From NCBI GenBank assembly GCA_026395215.1, contig JAPLZC010000005.1:8392-72391 (forward strand): a stretch of DNA of 64,000 nt, given 5' to 3'. Position 1 is the stretch's first letter. Each line of letters starts with the position of its first letter. The notes under the pieces are model-generated. The model ran no database searches and was not told the origin of the DNA. It saw nothing but the letters and a program-made list of their open reading frames with translations. The DNA comes from Candidatus Staskawiczbacteria bacterium. Its GTDB lineage: Bacteria; Patescibacteriota; Minisyncoccia; Minisyncoccales; Staskawiczbacteraceae. Of this stretch, positions 26,461-34,954 are shown piece by piece. The translations under genes were made by a program, and so were the position numbers.

Positions 26461-27000
26461 TTACGGGCGTACCCACAACCCAAGATTCAATTTCCTGACG
26501 TGGCAGTCTTTCCGGTAGGTCTCCGGAGGCAGAAGAATCATAACGTAGATTGGCCAGTTATTATCTGGAGCCATCGAAACCGGCGCCCAGTGCCACATTC
26601 CCTTGGGAAGAGAAACAAAAGTACCGTAGGGCACGCGAAATGCCAGCACGTCTTCCCGTTTGGGCGGATCCTGCGTACCGGCCTTGGCCAACAGCAGAAC
26701 AATATCGTCACTCGCGTTGAAATTGAAGACACCTTCGCCGGTGGCTTCATGAAACTCGAGAGGGTCGTGTGTTGTATTGCGAGGCAACACCCGGCAGACG
26801 CTGATTGAAGCCACGTTGTTAGGCGTGCCGTCTGGGGCGCTACCCAAGTTGACCCCAACCAAGTCTGCGTAAAAACGCACACCGCGCCGCCGGCTTTTGC
26901 CTGTTGGTTTCCGATGAGGCCAACACAAATTGGCGTAAGTTCCGCCCATTGCGGCAAACGCCGGGTCACTCAAACTTCTCACTTTCAAACGCTGATCCAT
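26461..27000 (-). CDS. Cupin-fold ureidoglycolate-lyase-like protein (GC-rich island B)
   Basis: 179 aa with ..FHEATGEGVF..LAFRVPYGTFVSLPKGMWHWAP... Own TTGACT-17-TAAAAT promoter (about 27070-27100) and hairpin plus T-run terminator (about 26408-26445). Confidence 0.5.
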   Translation of the reverse strand: MDQRLKVRSLSDPAFAAMGGTYANLCWPHRKPTGKSRRRGVRFYADLVGVNLGSAPDGTPNNVASISVCRVLPRNTTHDPLEFHEATGEGVFNFNASDDIVLLLAKAGTQDPPKREDVLAFRVPYGTFVSLPKGMWHWAPVSMAPDNNWPIYVMILLPPETYRKDCHVRKLNLGLWVRP

Positions 27001-27117
27001 TGGTCACGTCCCTTCTGTCTTTTACTGCTCCCTGAACCATTCAAGGTGCTGAGATATTTTTACTACAAAAGTATATTTTAGTCAACCAAAAAGCCCCGTG
27101 AGGGGCTTAAATAGTTT

Positions 27118-27501
27118 TTACTTTTTTGTTTTAAAATATCCTACAAGTAATGGGAGTACAAAAGTTGTAGCGTAATAAATATATATATCTAACTTATAAT
27201 ATCCTGCGCCTATATCAAAAAGCAAAACATTGAATAAATAATCACATACCACGGCAATTATAGTCCAAGCAATTGCTATTTTCAAATAATAATTTAAATT
27301 TTCCCCTTTTATCACTTTAATCAACACCCAAAGCGTTATCAAAATACCAATTGGTGAAACCACCCACCCAATCATATTTGGGGCAACTACCATAAACGCA
27401 ATAATCCCCAACACCCACCCCACAAACCACAACCCCGCTCCCCACCCAATTGTATCTTTAAAAAATTGTTTTTTGTTTTCCATTTTTTTTGATATATCCA
27501 T
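27118..27501 (-). CDS. Integral membrane protein, unknown function
   Basis: 127 aa with 4 hydrophobic segments. Confidence 0.5.
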   Translation of the reverse strand: MDISKKMENKKQFFKDTIGWGAGLWFVGWVLGIIAFMVVAPNMIGWVVSPIGILITLWVLIKVIKGENLNYYLKIAIAWTIIAVVCDYLFNVLLFDIGAGYYKLDIYIYYATTFVLPLLVGYFKTKK

Positions 27502-27508
27502 AAGAATT

Positions 27509-27949
27509 TTATTTAATAATTGGGATTTCGTTAATATGTAAAATAATCTGTGCTTTTTGACCTATACTAATTTCTTTGTCTAACCTTGGATAAAGATTTA
27601 ACTCTTCAATTTTACGATGGCTTTCTAACAGGTTGTGGAAATTCTCCAAACTTATTATATTTACAGCCTCAAAATTATTTTCAAATGATTCCAATTCTTC
27701 AAGCATAGTGTCATGTTCGGCTTTAAGCTGGGTTACAACAGTTAAAAGTCCCATAGCTTTTATTTGTGGAAGATCAAATATTGAACTTTCTTCAGCAAAA
27801 AAATGCTTTTTTACCTCCCACCTAAGGTTAACAAGAATGGCCAATGCATCTGCATTTTTGCTATCTACCTTCTCTTTAAAGGTTGCAAACAAGGCCTCTA
27901 AAAATTTATGATGAGCCACCATTAACCCCAATATATTATCTGTTTCCAT
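27509..27949 (-). CDS. Hemerythrin-like (HHE cation-binding) domain protein
   Basis: MVAHHKFLEALF...VKKHFFAEE...LESHRKIEE, with His/Glu spacing typical of hemerythrin-like domains. Confidence 0.6.
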   Translation of the reverse strand: METDNILGLMVAHHKFLEALFATFKEKVDSKNADALAILVNLRWEVKKHFFAEESSIFDLPQIKAMGLLTVVTQLKAEHDTMLEELESFENNFEAVNIISLENFHNLLESHRKIEELNLYPRLDKEISIGQKAQIILHINEIPIIK

Positions 27950-27973
27950 AAGTTTATTCTATTAAATTATTTT

Positions 27974-28612
27974 TTAGTTGCACTTGTTTTCACAGTCGAA
28001 CAATTTTATGTTGTCGTTTTTATTGGCATCTATACATGATTGAACGCATGACTTACAATTTGTAAATTGAGAATTTTCTATTTGCTGACACTTACCGTTT
28101 TCAATGCCACATTTAGCATATTTTAAGCACTTGTCTCCAATCATATAAATTTCTGTGCATACCTCCGGAGGGTTAGGCCCACATTTTATATCCAAACTAT
28201 GACAATTTTCTATCGCACAAGTTGAGCTTACGTTATTTTCAACCAATGTGCAGTCTTTTGCAGAAAACTCACCGACAAAAATATCGTCTCGTTGAATATA
28301 TTCTTTCTGAAATAGTTTTCCATTGTCTTTTACCCAGTAACATTGTGCATCAATAACAATCACGCCCGAACCTTCCTGCACAAAAGCCAAATACCATCCG
28401 TTGTCAGCCTTTTCCGCCTTAATGGATTTTGGAGGCAAATTATCGCTTGGGTAGTCTCTCAATTCAGGAAATCTATTTTTTACTATTTCAATTGCTTTAA
28501 CCTGGCTAATTGCTCCCGCTTTAAGGTTTGCATATTCCCCAAAATACCAATACCCAACCCCCAAACAAACCAGAACAATAATAACCCCCAAAATTATCAA
28601 TTTTTTTGTCAT
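27974..28612 (-). CDS. Membrane-anchored Cys-rich extracytoplasmic protein
   Basis: N-terminal TM. The C-terminal half carries at least 14 Cys (CAIENCHSLDIKCGP..CTEIY..CLKYAKCG..CQQ..CKSCVQSCID..CENKC). Confidence 0.5.
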   Translation of the reverse strand: MTKKLIILGVIIVLVCLGVGYWYFGEYANLKAGAISQVKAIEIVKNRFPELRDYPSDNLPPKSIKAEKADNGWYLAFVQEGSGVIVIDAQCYWVKDNGKLFQKEYIQRDDIFVGEFSAKDCTLVENNVSSTCAIENCHSLDIKCGPNPPEVCTEIYMIGDKCLKYAKCGIENGKCQQIENSQFTNCKSCVQSCIDANKNDNIKLFDCENKCN

Positions 28613-28621
28613 AAACTTTTA

Positions 28622-28918
28622 TTATTTAATTGGACAGGCGCCGGCTTTTATATTTCCCAGACTGTCCCAACTACCTCCATTATATACCTTTTCAAAATTA
28701 TTTTCTTTCAAAACAGTTACAGCAGCCGCACTCCTTGTCCCCGAAGCGCAAACCAAAACAGTAGGCACATCTTTCTGCAACCACTCTACCGCCTTGCCAA
28801 TTTCATTTAAAGGAATATTCAGTGACCCTTCAATATGCCCCTCTTCATATTCCCCCTTGGTCCGCACATCCACAATCAACGCCCCCTTCTCAATTATCTC
28901 TTTTATTTCCTCATTCAT
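28622..28918 (-). CDS. Rhodanese-domain protein
   Basis: ATG 28918 gives MNEEIKEII..VDVRTKGEYEEGHIEGSLNIP..VLVCASGTRS, with the active-site loop CxxGxR. Confidence 0.8.
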   Translation of the reverse strand: MNEEIKEIIEKGALIVDVRTKGEYEEGHIEGSLNIPLNEIGKAVEWLQKDVPTVLVCASGTRSAAAVTVLKENNFEKVYNGGSWDSLGNIKAGACPIK

Positions 28919-28923
28919 AATAT

Positions 28924-30369
28924 TTATTTTTTGTTTATAGTCTCGTTGAGTATTCTGAAGATTTCGACCATTACGAAGGTGTCTTGTTTGCAGTAGGCTA
29001 AAAGTAACTGCAGTTTTTTGGCCCGCTCGGCTGGGTCTTTTCCCTGGTTCACAATATCCTGCCACCAGACATAGCCTACGGCGTTTCCGGTATAAGGCAT
29101 GTCGTCGTAACTCATTTCTGGCAACAACACATTCATTACTTTTTCAATAGAGGCTTTTCCTCTGAAATCTTTGTGAACATAATGCTGTTTAGAGAAAATA
29201 TCCATCAAGTCCTGCATTTGCCCGCAAATTCTGGTTAAAACCGATGCATACTGAGGCAACCTATCACCAATTTCTTTTGTAACGCCTTTTTCAAATTTAT
29301 CATTCCAGGCAATAACCGTTCCGGCCGGGTCAATATACTCTTCCAGCTTCTTGGCAACAGTTTCAGACGGGTCGGAGTTTTCCTGGTGCAGGTATTCTAA
29401 ATGCCTTAATTCCCCACCCTTTTTATCTATAACGTGCAAAGAAAATTGTATTGGAATTTTTTCATATGGTTTGTACCCTTTGTATATTGGTACCGCAGGA
29501 GCAAAAGTTTCATAATCAAAAAAGTATAACGGATATGTATAACCATCCAAAATTTTGGCAATCTCTTTTACGTCAATTATTGTCTCATTGGTTTTGTGCG
29601 TATGAATTTGGTTTTGCTGTGTAGGTGTAAGGTCTGAGGTGTCATCAATCTCATGCAATAAATAAGTTTTCTTTTTTACCAACGCAGTAAGTATATTTGG
29701 GCTTAACCCAATGCGCGACAAATCGTGCACAGAATACTCGGGTATCTCAGGGTGTGAGTGCCTAAACGTTTTGCAGTGCCTGCTCCTCCCAAAAAAATGG
29801 CACCTGCATCCATCTTCCGGCTCTTCTTCCTGATTTAGATACTCCTTAGCCTTCTCCATTTTGTCGGCAGTAATTTCTTTTTTGGCGGCCACTTGGTCTG
29901 TAACATCTTCAACAACAAACAACTTTTCAATATCAAGCTCTTCGCCCCTGACATATTCACTATTCAAATGAACAACATATTTATTCCCAACCTCAACTCC
30001 ACTTTTCTCCAACACAATTGTTTGAAAAGCCAAATCAGAAATATGGTCATGCGGCCTGTCTTTATCCTTCAAAGAATTTGTGGCTTTTACCTCATACAAA
30101 TCATACTTATCATTCTCTGTATTAAAAACCAAAAAATCACACCTGATTATAAACCCATCGGCCGTAAACGTCTCCTGATATTTAACATTAGGCCCTGAGA
30201 ATATTTTCAGTTTTGTCGCATACCCTTCCACAATATTCCCTTGCTCCATCATTTCCCCCGTCGCAAAATCCACCTTAAACTCCTCCATCCCCGGCCTATG
30301 CAACCTAAACCACCCATCCTTCGGACACACAAGATATTCAAGAAACCTAGATTTAGATATTAACGCCAT
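28924..30369 (-). CDS. DUF2779-family protein (RecB/Cas4-like PD-(D/E)XK N-terminus plus C-terminal DUF2779)
   Basis: ISKSRFLEYLVCPKDGWF.., DLYEVKAT (ExK), Cys cluster CRCHFFGRSRHC and YPLYFFDYETF. Confidence 0.65.
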   Translation of the reverse strand: MALISKSRFLEYLVCPKDGWFRLHRPGMEEFKVDFATGEMMEQGNIVEGYATKLKIFSGPNVKYQETFTADGFIIRCDFLVFNTENDKYDLYEVKATNSLKDKDRPHDHISDLAFQTIVLEKSGVEVGNKYVVHLNSEYVRGEELDIEKLFVVEDVTDQVAAKKEITADKMEKAKEYLNQEEEPEDGCRCHFFGRSRHCKTFRHSHPEIPEYSVHDLSRIGLSPNILTALVKKKTYLLHEIDDTSDLTPTQQNQIHTHKTNETIIDVKEIAKILDGYTYPLYFFDYETFAPAVPIYKGYKPYEKIPIQFSLHVIDKKGGELRHLEYLHQENSDPSETVAKKLEEYIDPAGTVIAWNDKFEKGVTKEIGDRLPQYASVLTRICGQMQDLMDIFSKQHYVHKDFRGKASIEKVMNVLLPEMSYDDMPYTGNAVGYVWWQDIVNQGKDPAERAKKLQLLLAYCKQDTFVMVEIFRILNETINKK

Positions 30370-30416
30370 AAAATTACTTGCCCGTCAAAATAGGTTTTAC
30401 CTTTTTGTCGGGTTAT

Positions 30417-30779
30417 TTATTTTAAAAACTCTTCCCAATGGTCCCATTTTTCTTCGCGCTCTAAGCAAAATATCTCCCAAACGGTTTCAGCGGGAAGAAA
30501 AACAAAAACATCACCATCTTTATCTTTAGGGCCATACTTCCTCATAATGGCAATAACTTTATCGTGTTCATATCTAGTCATTTCCCTGCCAAGCAAACCT
30601 TCAAAATCTTCGAGTATTCCCATAAGCTCTTCATCGGCCTCCTCGCACTCTTCTTTATATCCAGGATTATTCTTAAACTCAATAAATTCTTCTATAACAT
30701 CCTTCGGCAAAAAATCAGCAAGCGTGTGCTGGCATTTTTTATTATTCTTTGTAATTTTCCGCTTACTTTTCTTCTCCAT
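30417..30779 (-). CDS. Small acidic hypothetical protein
   Basis: 120-aa ORF with no recognisable family. Confidence 0.4.
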   Translation of the reverse strand: MEKKSKRKITKNNKKCQHTLADFLPKDVIEEFIEFKNNPGYKEECEEADEELMGILEDFEGLLGREMTRYEHDKVIAIMRKYGPKDKDGDVFVFLPAETVWEIFCLEREEKWDHWEEFLK

Positions 30780-30847
30780 AAATTTATTTTTTTTAATACT
30801 AAGGGATTATATTTCAGCATATTCCTAAAAAAGAACATTTTCAAGTT

Positions 30848-31450
30848 TTATTTAATAACTATTTCAAACTTCTCGGCATTCGGAACAGGGTTTGCCTTAA
30901 AATACTTCTTAAAATCCCTCATTACTTCAGAAGTGATTTTTCTAGGCTTTTTCTCTAAAATATATTTTACCGCAGCAATTGTATAGCCATGGCTAAATAA
31001 TACAATAAAGTTTTCTTTTTTCCTCTTTATTTTTTCTATCGCCTTACGAACCCTATCCATAAAATCAATAAAACTCTCCGCTCCTTCGCCATCATTATGC
31101 TTAGGATTGCTGTTACTCCAATATTCGGCCTTCCAAGGATCTCTCTCTATAAATGTAGTATTAAAGCACCTTTTGCCCGAAAGATAGGTAAACTCGTGAA
31201 TGGGCCACTCTTCGTGCTTAGTGTGCGGATGTTTATTCAGTAAGGGCTTTGCGGTTTCTTTTGTCCGCACATAAGGCGAAGTGATAATCAAATCCGGTGC
31301 ATTCTCAAAATGCTTTAACAATTCCTCGGCCTGTTTTTTGCCTTTCTCTGAAAGCGGGATAGACCATCCGCAAAAATCGTCAGATTTTACGCTTTCATCA
31401 GCATTCGCTGCGCTTTCCGCATGCCTTATAAACCAAATTTTCTTTTTCAT
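30848..31450 (-). CDS. Histidine phosphatase (phosphoglycerate-mutase-like) family protein
   Basis: IWFIRHAESAAN (RHG-type motif) and LFSHGYTI (second His). Confidence 0.75.
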   Translation of the reverse strand: MKKKIWFIRHAESAANADESVKSDDFCGWSIPLSEKGKKQAEELLKHFENAPDLIITSPYVRTKETAKPLLNKHPHTKHEEWPIHEFTYLSGKRCFNTTFIERDPWKAEYWSNSNPKHNDGEGAESFIDFMDRVRKAIEKIKRKKENFIVLFSHGYTIAAVKYILEKKPRKITSEVMRDFKKYFKANPVPNAEKFEIVIK

Positions 31451-31471
31451 AATGTTGTTATTTTAATAATA

Positions 31472-31780
31472 TTACTTTTCTGGCAATTTTTCATGCGCCG
31501 CATAAACACAGGCCATATTAGCATCATAAACCCTTACATCGTATCCCGAATCCCATTTTATCCAATCTTCTTGAGTTTTGGCAGACGGGTTAAACGCCCA
31601 GAACAATCTATCGGCCAACTTAATCAGTGTATCGCATTCTGCATATTTTGCATATTTTTGCCAACCAATCCAGGCATATCTTTCTTGGTCAAAAACATCC
31701 GCGTAGTGATAGACATCAATTAAGTCTATAATTGCTAATACAAATGGCGATTGTGCTTTTTCTTTTTCTATTTTTTGCAT
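31472..31780 (-). CDS. Hypothetical protein (102 aa) behind a long structured leader
   Basis: ATG at 31780 (MQKIEKEKAQSPF..). The longer track ORF would read through GC-rich leader hairpins. Confidence 0.45.
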   Translation of the reverse strand: MQKIEKEKAQSPFVLAIIDLIDVYHYADVFDQERYAWIGWQKYAKYAECDTLIKLADRLFWAFNPSAKTQEDWIKWDSGYDVRVYDANMACVYAAHEKLPEK

Positions 31781-32052
31781 ATTTTTTTCTTTTTTACTCC
31801 CAGCTGTAATTCTGTGCCGACCAACGAAAAAGCGGCTAAGAGAATTAATCCAGTTCGACAACTGAATGAAATCTCCCAACCGCCTTGGCGATCAGTCGCT
31901 TATTTCTTGTGGCTCCCCGCAGATTTCCCAGGTCGCCTACCCTCTAAAAAGAGGGAGAAACAAACGGTTTGTTTAAAACAAACAACTTTATATTTTCAAT
32001 CTACATCTTTATTATAGCATAGAAAACAGAAGTAAGCAAATCTCCTCTAAAT

Positions 32053-32658
32053 TTATTTCTTATTCTTGATTTTTCCCAATGACCAAATAATAAAATCTAA
32101 TACTTTCGTGTCTGACATCTCGTTCTTATCTTCTACATTAAAATCAGATCTAAATTTCAATATTATTTTTTTTATTTTTTCATCCTGCAATAAATCCGAA
32201 TATGCGCTCTTTAAAAATTCATAAATGCTCACGCAGGATTTAATTTTTTCGTCTTTAGTTTTTCCTTGTCTAGATTTATGAAAAACCCTTGAAACTTCTG
32301 CATCGAAAATCGGCTTACTGTTATCTAAAGTATGCAACAATTTAGTAGCAAAACTAAATTGAATCGTTTTTTGATTCTTGCTGTTTTTAAATTCATATAA
32401 TTCTAAAAGAATATCCTCTAAATTATTTTTGCCTTCTGCCATTAACTCAAAATAGTGATTCTTTATTTCGTCACTTAAGCCAGCATTATCCAATCTATAA
32501 AAAGACCTAAAAACAAACTGAAATAAAGTATTATTTTTGATATTGCCTTTTTTGTATTCGTTTTTTAAGAACAAATAAACATCAACGCTTTCCTGTGTTA
32601 TCTTTAATAAAATTTCATCCTGCTTTTTAATAATTTCTTGAATTATCTGATCTCTCAT
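32053..32658 (-). CDS. Hypothetical protein (201 aa), island-associated
   Basis: ORF 25 nt downstream of the 402-aa nuclease gene. No family recognised. Confidence 0.45.
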   Translation of the reverse strand: MRDQIIQEIIKKQDEILLKITQESVDVYLFLKNEYKKGNIKNNTLFQFVFRSFYRLDNAGLSDEIKNHYFELMAEGKNNLEDILLELYEFKNSKNQKTIQFSFATKLLHTLDNSKPIFDAEVSRVFHKSRQGKTKDEKIKSCVSIYEFLKSAYSDLLQDEKIKKIILKFRSDFNVEDKNEMSDTKVLDFIIWSLGKIKNKK

Positions 32659-32683
32659 AAATTTATTTTTAAATTATAGAACC

Positions 32684-33892
32684 CTACAACTCTGTCATTT
32701 CTATTTTTAATTTATACAACATTATAGAAACAGGAAAACGTAAGGCCTTAGCTGAAAGAGAAAGCGAGTTTTTCGCGCTATGTGCAATAATAATACCTCG
32801 AACTGTCTTGCCCATTTTTTGTGCAAGATTTCCTTCTACCCACTGCATATATCTTCCTAATTGGCCCGCGACAGCATCCGCTGCTGAATTTCTTTTTAAC
32901 TCAATAACAACAAAGTTGCCCTCTTTATCTATGGCTAAAATATCAATTGTTCCCACATCCTTAATATTATAATACTGTCCAGATCTACCATCCGAGTCAT
33001 TATACAACTCTAGCTCGCCGCCAAGTGATATTTTACCCATATTTTCAAATATAAAATTTTGAAGATCCTCCTCGTAAGTAAATCTCTCACCAGTTGTAAG
33101 GCTTTCCTTCTCACCAGAATCATCTACCCCTTCCGGCGCCGTAGTATCAGAATCTATTGCTTCAACATCAACTCCTACGACATCTTCTTTCTGCATAATC
33201 TGTGCTACAACATAAATAACATCTTGAGTTATCCATCTAAATTCATCGTCCTGAAAGGTAAGCCCACTCGTTAATGCATCCTTGATAGCTGAAATTTCAT
33301 TATTTTGCTTCAAATACTCTCTCATATCTTCAATTTTTGGTAAATATGCTTCGTATCTTTCTCCATCGGAAGTGTGGCCTGGAATTGAGAAATCGTTGTC
33401 TAGGAACTTACAGAAAATATTCCATTCCCGTGGCTTCAAGGCATTATGTAACATCGGATATCGATAACTCAGCAAAAGACTAAGGAATCTAATTCCAATA
33501 AAACTATGAGAGCTTTCGCCCAATCGTTTATTTCGTAACAACATAAGCTCATCAAATGATTTTTTTGTTTCGTTTATTCTCTTAGAAACTTTTTTATTAT
33601 CGTCAAATAGATTTCTTAGGATTTGGCGCGTTTCATCAGGGTTTTCTGTGGCAAAAATCAATAACATTTTTCTAGGAAAATACCAGCTACCAGCCACAAG
33701 ATTATTATTAACTATGGATGACTCAAGCATTGATACCAAATCATCAGCTTCTATGTTGAAGTTACGCATAAAAGTATCCACGGCCTTAAATTTATAACCC
33801 TCCTGATTTTTTACGTGCTCTTCAACTCCAATATCGGAAACATGTTTAAGAAATATCTTTACCCATTCTTGAATTTTTTCTTGATTAATCAT
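32684..33892 (-). CDS. NucS-C/DUF91-type PD-(D/E)XK nuclease with variable N-terminal domain (paralog 1)
   Basis: C-terminus reads VGTIDILAIDKEGNFVVIELKRNSAADAVAGQLGRYMQWV (D..ExK plus the QxxxY helix as in NucS). The N-terminus resembles the module seen on McrB-like restriction ATPases (..NLVAGSWYFPRKMLLIF..PDETRQILRNLFDD..). Confidence 0.65.
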   Translation of the reverse strand: MINQEKIQEWVKIFLKHVSDIGVEEHVKNQEGYKFKAVDTFMRNFNIEADDLVSMLESSIVNNNLVAGSWYFPRKMLLIFATENPDETRQILRNLFDDNKKVSKRINETKKSFDELMLLRNKRLGESSHSFIGIRFLSLLLSYRYPMLHNALKPREWNIFCKFLDNDFSIPGHTSDGERYEAYLPKIEDMREYLKQNNEISAIKDALTSGLTFQDDEFRWITQDVIYVVAQIMQKEDVVGVDVEAIDSDTTAPEGVDDSGEKESLTTGERFTYEEDLQNFIFENMGKISLGGELELYNDSDGRSGQYYNIKDVGTIDILAIDKEGNFVVIELKRNSAADAVAGQLGRYMQWVEGNLAQKMGKTVRGIIIAHSAKNSLSLSAKALRFPVSIMLYKLKIEMTEL

Positions 33893-33922
33893 ATATTTTT
33901 ATTTCTCGATTAATTTTTTTAT

Positions 33923-34090
33923 TTAATTTTTAAAATCGCTTTCGTCGGGCGTTAAAACATCCAAAAAAATTATCGCTAGAATAGAGAATACAATCCCCAT
34001 TGGCAAAAAACCATACTTTTTCAGCACAAACGCGCAAGCCACCGCCCCCACTATTTCTATTATAATCCTAAACCTAAAAGCTATCTCCAT
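33923..34090 (-). CDS. Possible 55-aa two-TM micro-protein
   Basis: By-eye translation gives MEIAFRFRIIIEIVGAVACAFVLKKYGFLPMGIVFSILAIIFLDVLTPDESDFKN*. No clear Shine-Dalgarno sequence. Below the ORF-track length cutoff. Confidence 0.3.
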   Translation of the reverse strand: MEIAFRFRIIIEIVGAVACAFVLKKYGFLPMGIVFSILAIIFLDVLTPDESDFKN

Positions 34091-34102
34091 TTTTACAATC
34101 AA

Positions 34103-34597
34103 TTAATTTTTATCTTTATGAGTCGGAATAAAGGTTACCTCGCACTCTACTTTTTGGTCTTCCTTATCTGCGGTATCATCTTCATCAACATCATCCTCGC
34201 AATAGTGACCAGCAAACTTTTTGCCCCATTCCCAACGGCATTTTTTGCAATGCCATTCAGGGTCTTCACCCGTAATACAACACCCACCCCAATAAATATC
34301 TATTCTTTCATTAAGCTCTACGCTATGTTCACCATACTCAATTTTTAAAACTTCGGCCGATCCACACTTTGGACACTTTTTAGGATTTAATTTTAAAATT
34401 TCAATTTTTTTCATCCAATTATCCAGCTCCTCTTTCATAAGAACTATTTCATCATACTCATATTCATCAACCCCCTCTAAAAAATCCGTAAATTTTTCAA
34501 ATACAATATCCGTAAGATCTTCACTAATATACTTATCTATTTCTTCCCGCGTTACCTCATTTTTTGTTTCCATAATTTTATTTTTCATATTTATCAA
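34103..34597 (-). CDS. Acidic protein with C-terminal zinc ribbon
   Basis: CPKCGSAEV...CCITGEDPEWHCKKCRWEW. Overlaps the upstream HNH gene by 20 nt. Confidence 0.55.
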   Translation of the reverse strand: MINMKNKIMETKNEVTREEIDKYISEDLTDIVFEKFTDFLEGVDEYEYDEIVLMKEELDNWMKKIEILKLNPKKCPKCGSAEVLKIEYGEHSVELNERIDIYWGGCCITGEDPEWHCKKCRWEWGKKFAGHYCEDDVDEDDTADKEDQKVECEVTFIPTHKDKN

Positions 34598-34952
34598 TAT
34601 AATTTTTTACGACCTTAGCGACGGCAGAATAATTTATATTTTTTTCTTTACAATAATCTTTTTTAAACCAATCCCGTAAGCTTTGGTCTTTTCTATTTGT
34701 ATTGCAATCCCAACAACAAATCGCAGTAATTTCACAGACCGGTTTGCCCTTGTTAACATAATCCCTTATGCTAACCCAATTTTTTTTATGATTAAGATGT
34801 TCAAATGTAGCACAATTCCTTATATTATTTGGGTCCCAGGAAAAAAGCATTTTTTTATGACAATATACACAATTAGTGTCTCTCTTTTTAATTTCTTCAA
34901 AATCATTTACTGGAATCCCATATTTATTTTTATAATACTGGCTATTCTGCAT
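34578..34952 (-). CDS. HNH-type nuclease-like protein
   Basis: TNCVYCHKKM..ATFEHLNHK..CCWDCNTNRKDQSLRDWF, with CxxC..H..N..CxxC-N spacing. Confidence 0.6.
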   Translation of the reverse strand: MQNSQYYKNKYGIPVNDFEEIKKRDTNCVYCHKKMLFSWDPNNIRNCATFEHLNHKKNWVSIRDYVNKGKPVCEITAICCWDCNTNRKDQSLRDWFKKDYCKEKNINYSAVAKVVKNYIDKYEK

Positions 34953-34954
34953 TT

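Noticed and set aside
31880-32010. GC-rich leader considered as SRP (4.5S), 6S RNA or a known riboswitch class
   Set aside because: I could not find the conserved SRP domain IV motif or any aptamer signature by eye. It is retained only as an unclassified structured leader.
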